From: Candidatus Mediterraneibacter faecavium
Lineage (GTDB): Bacteria; Bacillota; Clostridia; Lachnospirales; Lachnospiraceae
Direction: 5' to 3'
NCBI GenBank assembly: GCA_019119995.1
Contig: DWVY01000001.1
Coordinates: forward strand, 3,472 to 67,471
Length of the DNA: 64,000 nucleotides
Every line of letters starts with the position of its first letter. Position 1 is the first letter of the stretch. Below the pieces are notes generated by a model. It saw nothing but the letters and a program-made list of their open reading frames with translations. It was not told the origin of the DNA and did no database searches. The position numbers and the translations under genes were made by a program. Below are positions 39,274 through 49,121 of the stretch, piece after piece.

Positions 39274-40509
39274 ATGTACGACTTCGATGAGATCATGACA
39301 ACAGATCCGGAAATTGCCGATGTGATCAAAGCAGAGATGGAGAGACAGAATTCTCATATCGAGCTGATTGCATCAGAAAACTGGGTGAGCAAAGCAGTGA
39401 TGGCGGCTATGGGAAGCCCGCTGACAAACAAATATGCGGAAGGATATCCGGGCAAAAGATACTATGGCGGATGTCAGTGTGTTGACGTGGCGGAAAACCT
39501 TGCGAGAGAACGGGCGAAAGAGCTTTTCGGCTGTGAGTATGCCAATGTGCAGCCGCACTCGGGAGCGCAGGCAAATATGGCTGTATTCTTCGCGATCCTT
39601 AATCCGGGAGATACTTATATGGGTATGAATCTGGATCACGGCGGGCATCTGACGCACGGTTCACCGGTCAATATGTCCGGCAAGTACTTTAATGTCGTAC
39701 CTTACGGCGTCAATGAAGATGGAGTCATCGACTATGACAATGTCCTTAAGATCGCCAAAGAATGTAAACCGAAGATGATCGTTGCCGGTGCCAGCGCTTA
39801 TGCGCGTACCATTGATTTCAAACGTTTCCGCGAAATCGCGGACGAAGTCGGCGCATATCTGATGGTAGACATGGCGCATATCGCGGGACTTGTAGCGGCA
39901 GGACTGCATCCGAGCCCGATTCCGTATGCGCATGTGACCACAACAACGACGCATAAGACACTGAGAGGTCCCCGCGGCGGCATGATCCTCTCCAGCAACG
40001 AGATGAACGAGAAGTTCAACTTTAATAAAGCGGTATTCCCGGGGATCCAGGGCGGCCCGCTCATGCATGTGATCGCGGCGAAAGCAGTTTGCTTCAAAGA
40101 AGCGCTGACGCCTGAATTTAAAGAATACCAGAAACAGGTGGTAAAGAATGCGAAAGCACTCTGCGAGGGACTGAAAAAGCGCGGCGTGAAGATCGTATCC
40201 GGCGATACGGACAACCATCTGATGCTTGTAGACCTGACAGAGAAGAATGTCAGCGGAAAAGAACTGGAGAAGCGTCTGGACGATGCCCACATTACCTGCA
40301 ACAAGAACACGATCCCCAATGATCCCCGTTCTCCGTTCGTCACAAGCGGCGTAAGACTGGGAACTCCGGCGGTGACGACCCGCGGCATGAACGAAGAAGA
40401 TATGGATAAGATCGCTGAGATCATCGCTATGGTAATCGAGAGCGAGGATAACGTAGAAGCAGGAAGAAAAATGGCGGCAGAACTGACCGAAAAATATCCG
40501 CTCTGTTAA
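39274..40509 (+). CDS. glyA: Serine hydroxymethyltransferase
   Basis: [48 protein letters not shown]. Confidence 0.97.
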   Translation: MYDFDEIMTTDPEIADVIKAEMERQNSHIELIASENWVSKAVMAAMGSPLTNKYAEGYPGKRYYGGCQCVDVAENLARERAKELFGCEYANVQPHSGAQANMAVFFAILNPGDTYMGMNLDHGGHLTHGSPVNMSGKYFNVVPYGVNEDGVIDYDNVLKIAKECKPKMIVAGASAYARTIDFKRFREIADEVGAYLMVDMAHIAGLVAAGLHPSPIPYAHVTTTTTHKTLRGPRGGMILSSNEMNEKFNFNKAVFPGIQGGPLMHVIAAKAVCFKEALTPEFKEYQKQVVKNAKALCEGLKKRGVKIVSGDTDNHLMLVDLTEKNVSGKELEKRLDDAHITCNKNTIPNDPRSPFVTSGVRLGTPAVTTRGMNEEDMDKIAEIIAMVIESEDNVEAGRKMAAELTEKYPLC

Positions 40510-40586
40510 ATTCGTGCTTGTCGGTGGAACATCCTGCAATAAATCGTCCGAAAATCACTCGGATACAGTGGATTGAGTCACGTATC

Positions 40587-40796
40587 CGGAACGGGCGGGG
40601 AGGGGATGCTTCCGGCTCCGGTTACAGGGCATAAGAGATAGTAACAAGCCCGTGATACGGCTAAAAGCAATCCGGGAAAGGAAGAACTCCTTCGTTCAGA
40701 CAACATCCTTTCCCGGATCAACGCCGCACCACGGGCTTGAACTATCTCTAATCCCCTTTCACAGTCACCGTCAGCATCCCCTCCCCGCCCGTCCCG
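40587..40796. repeat. About 210-bp rod-like imperfect palindrome
   Basis: Perfect 20-bp arms 40591-40610 / 40773-40792; 13-bp inner arms 40670-40682 / 40706-40718; loop contains AACTCCTTCGTTCAGACA. Confidence 0.85.
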
Positions 40797-40869
40797 AAAG
40801 GTGCATCAAAGGGGCTGTATTGACGAAGTACCTTTAAATATTAATCATCAACCAGTTTCTTCATTTTTT

Positions 40870-41222
40870 GTGTTTGCCGGAGTAAATGCCGGATTCGATA
40901 AAGCAGAAAACGGACGGAGATAAGGCGCAGAAAGACTTAAAAAGAGATGACCAGTATGTGAGGAAGGCGACTTCGGAATAATCTGCTAGAAAAAGTTAAG
41001 GGTCTGGGAGCTGATGTTAAGCCGAAAAATGGATTGTTTGAGCCATAGGCGAGTTATCCATTTTTCGGCTTTGTCTTTAATCAGTTCCCAGACCCTTTAG
41101 TTTTTCTCAGATTATGGAGCGGAGCCTGAAGCACATGCCGGTCATCTCAAAGAAGTATTTTAGTGCCTTATCTCCGTCGGTTTTCGGACCTTATCTCCAC
41201 TGGCGTTTAATTCGACAAACAC
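40870..41222. repeat. About 350-bp rod-like imperfect palindrome
   Basis: Perfect 16-bp inner arms 41019-41034 / 41056-41071; GACGGAGATAAGGC/GCCTTATCTCCGTC; GTGTTTG/CAAACAC ends; loop reverse complement AACTCGCCTATGGCTCAAACA. Confidence 0.85.
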
Positions 41223-41225
41223 GAA

Positions 41226-41816
41226 TTAATTTTCTTCTTCTGCCGTTTCGTCTTCTTCTGTATCAGCCGCAGCTACATGTACTTCTGTCACGGTAACTAC
41301 AGTTGCCTCCAGATCGGTTGTCACATCAACGTTCTGATCTTTTGCGATGTCAAGATCTTTTACGCGGATCGTATCGCCGACTTTCAGATCGCCGACATCC
41401 AGTTCGATCTTTTCAACCAGAGCTGACGGCAGTGCTTTGAAGTCTACTTCATGGAGCATCTGCTGCGGTACGCCTGCTACCAGCTTGTCCGCGTTGATCA
41501 GATGGATCTCAGCAGATGAGTGGACTTTCTCGGTGCTGACGAGTGCCTGGAAATCAATCTCGTCTACCCCGCCTTTCAACGGATTGTAGTCTACCTCTTT
41601 GATCAGGGCGTCGTATGGCTCTCCGTCAACTTCGAGACGGATCCTGCCGCCTTTCCCTTCTGTCTTGAGAAGCTTCTCCACATCGCCCTTTGTCATCTGG
41701 AGCGGGATGGACTCTTTCATCTCACGGCCGAAGATACAGCCTGTAACAAATCCCTCACGTCTAAGTTTCTTGGCTTTGATCGTCATGTCTCTTTTTTCAG
41801 CTTTTAAAGTATTCAT
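41226..41816 (-). CDS. rplY: 50S ribosomal protein L25 / general stress protein Ctc
   Basis: AKKLRREGFVTGCIFG, ALIKEVDYNP, IDFQAL, LKVGDTIRVKDL. Confidence 0.92.
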   Translation of the reverse strand: MNTLKAEKRDMTIKAKKLRREGFVTGCIFGREMKESIPLQMTKGDVEKLLKTEGKGGRIRLEVDGEPYDALIKEVDYNPLKGGVDEIDFQALVSTEKVHSSAEIHLINADKLVAGVPQQMLHEVDFKALPSALVEKIELDVGDLKVGDTIRVKDLDIAKDQNVDVTTDLEATVVTVTEVHVAAADTEEDETAEEEN

Positions 41817-42058
41817 TTATCTTTTCCTCCAATCACTGAATCACGCTTAGCAGCCTTCAACTTTGTATACAGACAGCAATTGTTCAACCGATCGATACGG
41901 TCAAACTGCTGCAACAAATAGGTGTTGTTAAGTAGTGTTTCTTTGTTACACCTACAGTATAGCACCGTTGTCAAGGGGTGATTTACAAGAAAAATCCGGT
42001 GTGTTAAGATAGGGGATAGAAACGGCTTGAGAAAAGAGAAAGGCAGGACATTCAGTAT

Positions 42059-42691
42059 ATGAAATTAATGATCGCATCAGATATCCACGGCTCTGCACTT
42101 TACTGCGGGCAGATGCTGGAAGCTTACCGAAGAGAAGGAGCAGACAGGCTGCTGATACTGGGGGATATCCTCTATCACGGACCGAGAAATGATCTCCCCA
42201 AGGGATATGCGCCCAAAGAGGTGATCGCTATGCTCAATCCGATGAAAACGCATCTTCTGTGCGTAAGGGGGAACTGTGATACAGAAGTGGATCAGATGGT
42301 ATTGGAATTTCCGATCCTTGCGGATTACTGTCTCCTCGAGCTCCCGGCAGACGGAGAAGGAGCGAAAGACCGGGGAGTAGGATCGGAGAGGTTTGATGTG
42401 TGCGCGGAAACCATCAGTATATTCGCCACGCACGGGCACGTCTATCATCCGGATCACCTTCCGCCGCTGAAGGACGGAGACATCCTGCTGAACGGGCATA
42501 CACATATACCGGCATGCGAGGAAGTTTCAGACGCGGACGGGAACAGGATCCGGTATCTGAATCCGGGATCTGTATCGATCCCGAAAGAGGGTTCTGTCCA
42601 CAGTTATATGATCTATGAGAATGGCTGTTTCAGATGGAAGAATATGCAGGGGGAGGAGTACATGACATGGAAGACCGATTCGCGCTCTTGA
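42059..42691 (+). CDS. yfcE: YfcE-type metallophosphoesterase (phosphodiesterase)
   Basis: SDIHG, LGDILYHGPRN, VRGNCD, THGH, GHTH, NPGSVSIPK. Confidence 0.9.
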   Translation: MKLMIASDIHGSALYCGQMLEAYRREGADRLLILGDILYHGPRNDLPKGYAPKEVIAMLNPMKTHLLCVRGNCDTEVDQMVLEFPILADYCLLELPADGEGAKDRGVGSERFDVCAETISIFATHGHVYHPDHLPPLKDGDILLNGHTHIPACEEVSDADGNRIRYLNPGSVSIPKEGSVHSYMIYENGCFRWKNMQGEEYMTWKTDSRS

Positions 42692-43638
42692 TCGATGCGG
42701 ACAATGTATCTGCAAAATATATCCAGCCGATCCTGGATGAGCTTTCTAAATACGGGAAAGTGACATACAAGAGGATCTACGGCGACTGGACCAGGACGAA
42801 TAATGCAAGCTGGAAAGAGGAACTTCTGCAGAATTCGATCACGCCGATCCAGCAGTTCAGCTACACATACGGGAAGAATGCCACGGACTCGGCTATGATC
42901 ATCGATGCGATGGATATGCTGTATACGAGCGACCTGGAAGGATTCTGTCTTGTGTCCAGTGACAGTGATTTTACCAGGCTGGCAAGCCGTCTGCGCGAGA
43001 GCGGCAAGACGGTGATCGGGATGGGAGAGGACAAGACGCCGTCTCCATTCCGCAAGGCGTGCGATATATTTACAGAGCTGGAGCTGCTGTTGGAAGACAG
43101 CACGATGGATAAGGATGAGCGGGAGGAAAAGAACACGGCTCATCATGTCCACGGGAAGGAGCAGAAGAAGCGGACCGCGGTATCTAAGGAACAGATCGAG
43201 GAGGCTGTGGTCAAGATCATCACGGAGAATCAGAATGACGACCGTGAGACCGGGCTGGGCGAGGTCGGAAGCCGTCTGGTCAAGCTGTATCCTGACTTTG
43301 ATGTGCGGCGCTACGGCTACAGCCTTCTGTCGAAATTCCTGGAGACGCTGCCAAAGCTGAAACTGATCCAGGAAGGGACAAAGGTATCTGTGACATTGTA
43401 TGAGGACAAGAGCCGGAAAGAGATGCTGGAGGAATATATCCTGCAGCAGATCAGGAGCAGCGGGAAATACGGGATCGCACTCAGTTCCCTCGGAAACCGG
43501 ATCCGGATGAAGTTCGGGGATTTCAAAGTACGGGATTATGGATTCTCCCAGTTTAAACAGTATATCCAGAGCTTTCCGGATGTGGAGACCGTGGATGACG
43601 GGGAGAGGACAAGAGCCGTATATGTAAAAGAAGTTTAG
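42667..43638 (+). CDS. NYN-domain ribonuclease with two C-terminal OST-HTH/LOTUS domains
   Basis: LIDADN, RIYGDW, GKNATD, VSSDSDF; two FDVRRYGY / FKVRDYGF LOTUS motifs. Confidence 0.88.
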   Translation: MEDRFALLIDADNVSAKYIQPILDELSKYGKVTYKRIYGDWTRTNNASWKEELLQNSITPIQQFSYTYGKNATDSAMIIDAMDMLYTSDLEGFCLVSSDSDFTRLASRLRESGKTVIGMGEDKTPSPFRKACDIFTELELLLEDSTMDKDEREEKNTAHHVHGKEQKKRTAVSKEQIEEAVVKIITENQNDDRETGLGEVGSRLVKLYPDFDVRRYGYSLLSKFLETLPKLKLIQEGTKVSVTLYEDKSRKEMLEEYILQQIRSSGKYGIALSSLGNRIRMKFGDFKVRDYGFSQFKQYIQSFPDVETVDDGERTRAVYVKEV

Positions 43639-43683
43639 CGCGGATCACAGCGCTGAAAAATTAAAGAATGAGGACAAAATGCC

Positions 43684-43745
43684 GATACAGGGGTCTGCCG
43701 TGCCGGGCTGAAATATTTCAGCAGGTACGGCAGACCTTTCTGTAT
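43684..43745. terminator. Hairpin terminator after the NYN gene
   Basis: ATACAG-GGGTCTGCCGTGCC...GGTACGGCAGACC-TTTCTGTAT. Confidence 0.65.
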
Positions 43746-43788
43746 GTATTGACGAAAGTATGTACGGTTTGTGTAAAATATTTGTAAA

Positions 43789-43827
43789 TTCATGTGTCTT
43801 GTCACCTGTAAAAACAAGAAGTATAAT
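43789..43827 (+). promoter_or_regulatory. nadABC-niaR promoter with putative NiaR operator overlapping the -35
   Basis: TTGTCA-17-TATAAT; imperfect palindrome TTCATGTGTCTTGTCACCTGTAA similar to Firmicute NiaR boxes. Confidence 0.7.
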
Positions 43828-43884
43828 GAGTATCGTGACCAGAGAGCAGAATTCACACCGTACTCAGAAATGAGGCGTGTCAGC

Positions 43885-43951
43885 GCGGCGGGTGTACATG
43901 CGGCGGATGTACATGCGGCGGTCACACATGCGGCAGTCACATATGTGGCGG
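43885..43951 (+). repeat. 15-bp tandem repeat (4 copies plus partial) in the nadA leader
   Basis: GCGGCGGGTGTACAT GCGGCGGATGTACAT GCGGCGGTCACACAT GCGGCAGTCACATAT GTGGCGG. Confidence 0.85.
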
Positions 43952-43991
43952 CGGTCTGGTGTGGACTGTAATAAGACGAAGGAGTGTACAC

Positions 43992-44900
43992 ATGACGATC
44001 AGAGAAGAAATTGAACAATTAAAGAAAGAGAAAAATGCGGTAATACTTGCCCATTATTATGTCAGGCCCGAAGTCCAGGAGATCGCGGACTACATAGGGG
44101 ATTCTTTCTATCTCAGCAAAGTGGCGGTGGGACTGAAGGAGCAGACGATCGTTTTCTGCGGCGTTTCATTTATGGGAGAGAGCGCCAAGGTGCTCAATCC
44201 GGACAAGACAGTGCTCATGCCGGATATCCATGCGGACTGTGCCATGGCTCATATGGCAGATCCGGAGACGATCCGGCGGGTAAGAGAGAAATACGAGGAC
44301 GTGGCAGTCGTATGTTATATCAATTCTACGGCGGAATTGAAAAGATATTCTGACGTCTGCGTTACATCGGCAAATGCGGTGCAGATCGTAAAAGCGCTTC
44401 CGAACAGGAATATCTTCTTCATCCCGGACCGGAATCTGGCGCATTTTGTGGCGGAACAGGCGCCGGAGAAGCATTTTATCTTCAATGAAGGGTTCTGCCC
44501 GGTCCACGAGAATATACAGACAGACCAGATCAGAAAGGCTAAGGAAGAGCATCCGGACGCCGAAGTGCTCACCCATCCGGAATGCACGCGGGAAGTTCTG
44601 GAAATGTCGGACTACGTGGGAAGTACATCCGGGATCATAAAGTATGCGGGAGAGAGCGGCGCGGATGAGTTTATCATATGCACAGAGACCGGAGTAAGGG
44701 CTGAGCTTGAAAAGAGATATCCGGACAAGAAATTTTATTTCACCGACGCAGCGCCGGTCTGCGAGGATATGAAACGGATCACTCTGGAAAAGATCCTGCA
44801 TGTCTTACAGACCGGAGAAAATGAAGTGATCCTGGATGAAGGGCTGCGGGCAGGATCGGAGAAACCTTTAAAAGAAATGCTGAAGCTGGGACTGAAATAA
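43992..44900 (+). CDS. nadA: Quinolinate synthase
   Basis: ILAHYY, IADYIGDS, CGVSFMGE, YINS, CVTSANA, CPVH, THPEC, VGSTSGI. Confidence 0.95.
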   Translation: MTIREEIEQLKKEKNAVILAHYYVRPEVQEIADYIGDSFYLSKVAVGLKEQTIVFCGVSFMGESAKVLNPDKTVLMPDIHADCAMAHMADPETIRRVREKYEDVAVVCYINSTAELKRYSDVCVTSANAVQIVKALPNRNIFFIPDRNLAHFVAEQAPEKHFIFNEGFCPVHENIQTDQIRKAKEEHPDAEVLTHPECTREVLEMSDYVGSTSGIIKYAGESGADEFIICTETGVRAELEKRYPDKKFYFTDAAPVCEDMKRITLEKILHVLQTGENEVILDEGLRAGSEKPLKEMLKLGLK

Positions 44901-44977
44901 CTGAGACAGGACAAGCACCAACTGAAACAGCAACAGATTAAAGATACAGAACAACGGGAAGAAAGAAGAGAGATAAA

Positions 44978-46381
44978 ATGAACAGAAACAGTAAGCGGAA
45001 TGAGGATATGGAACCGGAGAAAGAAATGCGGGCAGATGTGGTGATCGTGGGAACCGGCGCGGCAGGTCTCTTTGCCGCCCTGAACCTGCCAGGGGACAGG
45101 AAAGTCCTTATTATCACAAAGAAAGATGCCGAGAGCAGCGATTCATTTCTCGCCCAGGGCGGGATCTGTGTGCTCAAAGATGAGTCGGACTATGAGAGCT
45201 ATTTCGAAGATACGATGCGGGCAGGGCATTATGAGAACAGGAAGGAATCTGTGGACATCATGATCCGGAGCTCCAGAGAGATCATCAGGGAGCTGATCGG
45301 GTACGGGGTGAAGTTCGAGCGCAGGGACAAAGGCGTGGAGCCGGATGCGCCAAAGGCGCAGGAAGGATCGGATAAGCAGGGAAGACCGGAGATGCAGGGA
45401 AAACAGGATAAACAGGAACCGGCGGCGCAGGGGAATTTTCTGGATGACTATGCATTCACAAGGGAGGGCGCCCACTCCAGGCCGCGTATCCTGTTCCACG
45501 AGGATGTGACGGGGAAAGAGATCACGAGCAAGCTGCTTGCACAGGTACGCGCTCTTGAAAATGTCCGTATCATGGAGTACACTACTATGACGGATATCAT
45601 TGTAGAAGATAAGGATGTGCAGACGGGAGAAGACAGGGCGCAGTGCGCCGGGATCATCGCGGAGGATGAACAGGGAAATATATGGAAGATCCATGCGCCG
45701 TATACGATCCTTGCAAGCGGCGGCATCGGCGGCCTGTATGAACACTCTACCAATTATCCGCATCTTACGGGGGATGCCCTGCGTATTGCCGAAAAGCACG
45801 GGATACGTCTGGAACATCTGGATTATGTACAGATCCATCCGACGACGCTGTATTCCAGGAAACCTGGAAGGAGATTCCTGATCTCGGAGTCTGTCAGGGG
45901 AGAGGGCGCTATTCTGCTCGACAAGAACGGAAAGCGTTTCACCGACGAGCTTCAGCCCCGCGATGTGGTCACGGCGGCGATCCGGGAACAGATGAAAAAG
46001 GATGGGACAGACCATGTCTGGCTGTCCATGGAACGGATCGACAAAGATACGATCCTGAACCATTTTCCAAATATATACGAGCACTGTCTGGAAGAGGGAT
46101 ATGATGTGACGAAAGAGTGGATCCCGGTCGTGCCGGCACAGCATTATTTCATGGGCGGCATCTGGGTGGACCGTGACAGCCAGACTTCCATGGAGCATCT
46201 GTTCGCGGCGGGCGAGACGAGCTGCAACGGCGTCCATGGGGCAAACCGGCTGGCCAGCAACTCCCTGTTGGAGAGCCTTGTCTTTGCAAAGCGGGCTGCG
46301 CAGAAGATCGAGGCTGAGTCGGGCGCAGAAGTCAAAGACCCCGATGCAGGCATACGGGGCATCAAACTGGCAGCGATGTAA
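44978..46381 (+). CDS. nadB: L-aspartate oxidase
   Basis: GTGAAG, AQGGI, REGAHS, QIHPT, LISESVRGEG, HYFMGG, HGANRLASNSLLE; start may be slightly downstream. Confidence 0.94.
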   Translation: MNRNSKRNEDMEPEKEMRADVVIVGTGAAGLFAALNLPGDRKVLIITKKDAESSDSFLAQGGICVLKDESDYESYFEDTMRAGHYENRKESVDIMIRSSREIIRELIGYGVKFERRDKGVEPDAPKAQEGSDKQGRPEMQGKQDKQEPAAQGNFLDDYAFTREGAHSRPRILFHEDVTGKEITSKLLAQVRALENVRIMEYTTMTDIIVEDKDVQTGEDRAQCAGIIAEDEQGNIWKIHAPYTILASGGIGGLYEHSTNYPHLTGDALRIAEKHGIRLEHLDYVQIHPTTLYSRKPGRRFLISESVRGEGAILLDKNGKRFTDELQPRDVVTAAIREQMKKDGTDHVWLSMERIDKDTILNHFPNIYEHCLEEGYDVTKEWIPVVPAQHYFMGGIWVDRDSQTSMEHLFAAGETSCNGVHGANRLASNSLLESLVFAKRAAQKIEAESGAEVKDPDAGIRGIKLAAM

Positions 46382-46448
46382 GCATCCGTGTATTTTGATA
46401 AGAGAAATTTGATGATAGAAGAAAAACAGAAGAAAGCGGGGAACGATC

Positions 46449-47303
46449 ATGAATAAGATCACAATGACGCTCCAGGCGGATCATCTGATCCTGGAAGCGC
46501 TGAAAGAAGATATATCAAGTGAAGATGTAAGCACAAATGCGGTGATGAAAGAGGCAGTTGCCGGAGAGGTGGACCTGATCTGCAAGCAGGACGGGATCGT
46601 AGCCGGTCTGGAAGTATTCCGCAGGGTGTTTGAGCTCTTGGATGCAGATACAACGGCGGAGTTTTTCTGCAGCGACGGAGATGAAGTAAAAGCGGGACAG
46701 CTCATGGGAAAGGTGAGAGGAGACATTCGTGTACTTTTATCCGGTGAGCGGGTGGCGCTGAACTATCTCCAGAGGATGAGCGGGATCGCCACATACACCC
46801 ATTCGGTGGCGGAACTTTTAAAGGGCAGCAGGACGAAACTCCTGGATACGCGCAAGACTACGCCGAATATGAGGATCTTTGAGAAATACGCAGTCCGGGT
46901 GGGCGGCGGATACAACCACAGATACAATCTCTCAGACGGTGTGCTGCTGAAAGATAATCACATCGGCGCCGCCGGCGGAGTGGCACAGGCGGTAAAGATG
47001 GCGAGAGACTATGCGCCGTTCGTCCGTAAGATCGAGGTGGAAGTGGAAAATCTGGATATGGTCCGCGAGGCGGTCGATGCGGGAGCGGATATCATCATGC
47101 TCGATAATATGTCTCCTGACGAGATGCGCGAGGCGGTCCGGATCATCGGAGGACGGGCAGAGACGGAGTGCTCCGGCAATGTGACGAAAGAAAATATCGC
47201 AAGGCTGACAGAACTCGGAGTGGACTATATTTCCAGCGGAGCGCTGACACATTCTGCATCTATACTTGACATTTCCATGAAAAACCTGCATGCTGTAGAG
47301 TGA
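46449..47303 (+). CDS. nadC: Nicotinate-nucleotide pyrophosphorylase (carboxylating)
   Basis: ERVALN, DTRKTTP, LKDNH, EVEVE, IMLDNM, SSGALTHS. Confidence 0.96.
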   Translation: MNKITMTLQADHLILEALKEDISSEDVSTNAVMKEAVAGEVDLICKQDGIVAGLEVFRRVFELLDADTTAEFFCSDGDEVKAGQLMGKVRGDIRVLLSGERVALNYLQRMSGIATYTHSVAELLKGSRTKLLDTRKTTPNMRIFEKYAVRVGGGYNHRYNLSDGVLLKDNHIGAAGGVAQAVKMARDYAPFVRKIEVEVENLDMVREAVDAGADIIMLDNMSPDEMREAVRIIGGRAETECSGNVTKENIARLTELGVDYISSGALTHSASILDISMKNLHAVE

Positions 47304-47321
47304 GAATGAGGAGGTGGTCAG

Positions 47322-47831
47322 ATGACAGGTTCAGACAGAAGGAGTGCGATCGTAGAACGCATCCGGAACAGTGACGTGCCGGTATCCGGAAAGGCGCTTG
47401 CCGCAGAGTTTGATGTGAGCCGTCAGGTGATCGTTCAGGATATCGCGCTGATTCGCGCAGCAGGGCATGACATTATATCTACGAACAGAGGATATATTAT
47501 AAATGAGCCACATCTGGCACGGCGCGTCTTTAAAGTCAGGCACACGGATGAACAGCTTGCAGAGGAACTCAATGCCATTGTCGATCTGGGCGGCAAAGTC
47601 TGCGACGTGATCGTGAACCACAGAGTATACGGACGGCTGGAGGCGGAGCTTAATATTACTTCCAGACGGAATGTGGCAGAGTTTATCGCCGGTATAAAGA
47701 ACGGAAAGTCCAGCCCGCTCAAAAATATCACATCTGATTACCATTATCACACAGTGGAGGCGGACAGCGAGGAGACACTGGATCTGATCGGGAAGATGCT
47801 GTGCGAAAAAGGATTTCTCATAGGATCATAA
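47322..47831 (+). CDS. niaR: Niacin-responsive repressor (HTH-3H)
   Basis: VSRQVIVQDIALIRA, 3H-domain His residues, HYHTV; end of nad operon. Confidence 0.9.
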   Translation: MTGSDRRSAIVERIRNSDVPVSGKALAAEFDVSRQVIVQDIALIRAAGHDIISTNRGYIINEPHLARRVFKVRHTDEQLAEELNAIVDLGGKVCDVIVNHRVYGRLEAELNITSRRNVAEFIAGIKNGKSSPLKNITSDYHYHTVEADSEETLDLIGKMLCEKGFLIGS

Positions 47832-47847
47832 TGGAAATGGAGAATTT

Positions 47848-49119
47848 ATGGAAGATATCGTCAAATTACTCGACAGAGTTTTAAATATAGATTTTATCCG
47901 TGCGGTGATCAGCAACCCGCGGGATAAAGAGGGCATAATAAAGGTGAAAGTCCGGCCGCTTGAGAAGAAAGGGGAGCTGCTGTTCCAGTTTGAGTCTTTT
48001 ACAGCGAAACAGGCATTTCACAGAAACCTGGAAAAAGAGGAGGCAAAAGAACAGTTTGCCCAATATGCACAGCAGTTCCGCCAGATGCAGATAGAGACGG
48101 TGAGCGACATATATACGGTGCTCATCAGTAAGAAAGGAAAGGCCACCGTCAAGAAAAAGCAGCGCCGGGAGAAGGCGCAGGCGGCGGATCTGTCCCACAA
48201 CCGTAAGAAACATTATATCCTGGAAGAAGGGATCCCGGTGCCGTTCCTCAGAGATCTGGGGGTGATGACAGAGGACGGGAAGATCGTCAGGACGAAGACG
48301 GACAAATTCCGCCAGATCAACCGGTTCCTGGAATTTATCGAAGATATCCTTCCGCAGCTCGATAAGGAGAGAGAGCTTACGATCCTCGATTTCGGATGCG
48401 GAAAATCTTATCTCACATTTGCCATGTATTATTATCTGCATGAGCTGAAAAAATACGATATCCGCATTGTCGGCCTGGATCTGAAAGAGGATGTGATCGA
48501 ACACTGCGGAAAACTGGCGGAGCAATACGGCTATGAGAAGCTGACGTTCCTGGTGGGAGACATTGCGGATTATGAGGGCGTCGACCAGGTGGATATGGTC
48601 GTCACGCTCCATGCCTGCGACACGGCGACGGACTATGCGTTGGCAAAGGCGGTCGGCTGGAACGCGAAAGTGATCCTGTCGGTGCCGTGCTGTCAGCATG
48701 AACTGAATATACAGCTGTCAGATCCCGGCAGGCGTAAGGATGGAAACGGCGGGGAGATGACAGGAGCGGTCTCGGAGACGCTTGCCCCGGTCATGGATTA
48801 CGGGCTTCTGAGAGAACGGTTTGCAGCTCTTGTGACGGACGGCCTGCGGGCAAAATATCTGGAGCGTATGGGGTACGAGACACAGGTGCTCGAATTTATC
48901 GATATGGAGCACACGCCGAAGAATATCCTGCTCCGGGCAGTGAAGAAAATATCGTCCGGAGAGAATGCGTCAGATGCGGGGATGGATCCGGGCAGCAGCC
49001 GGAGCGCGGATCACAAAAAAGAGAAAAAAGCAACGGAAGATATTATAAAATGTGAACAGTTTCTGCAGGCAGACCTGACATTGGGCCGTCTGCTTTCAGA
49101 TAAAAGGGAGAATAAATAA
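47848..49119 (+). CDS. SAM-dependent methyltransferase
   Basis: KFRQINRFLE, LDFGCGKSYLTF, LHACDTATD, VPCCQHE, EHTPKN. Confidence 0.85.
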   Translation: MEDIVKLLDRVLNIDFIRAVISNPRDKEGIIKVKVRPLEKKGELLFQFESFTAKQAFHRNLEKEEAKEQFAQYAQQFRQMQIETVSDIYTVLISKKGKATVKKKQRREKAQAADLSHNRKKHYILEEGIPVPFLRDLGVMTEDGKIVRTKTDKFRQINRFLEFIEDILPQLDKERELTILDFGCGKSYLTFAMYYYLHELKKYDIRIVGLDLKEDVIEHCGKLAEQYGYEKLTFLVGDIADYEGVDQVDMVVTLHACDTATDYALAKAVGWNAKVILSVPCCQHELNIQLSDPGRRKDGNGGEMTGAVSETLAPVMDYGLLRERFAALVTDGLRAKYLERMGYETQVLEFIDMEHTPKNILLRAVKKISSGENASDAGMDPGSSRSADHKKEKKATEDIIKCEQFLQADLTLGRLLSDKRENK

Positions 49120-49121
49120 GG

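Noticed and set aside
40652-40837. Small ORFs within the rod-like palindromes (also 41114-41296)
   Set aside because: No RBS or motifs; incidental frames in structured non-coding DNA
43840-43990. NAD+ (nadA-motif) riboswitch
   Set aside because: No resemblance I can support; regulation is explained by the NiaR box, and the region is a simple tandem repeat
45143-46462. 439-aa minus-strand ORF (and similar ones at 30461-31642, 36222-37223, 62630-63709)
   Set aside because: Antisense to well-supported genes
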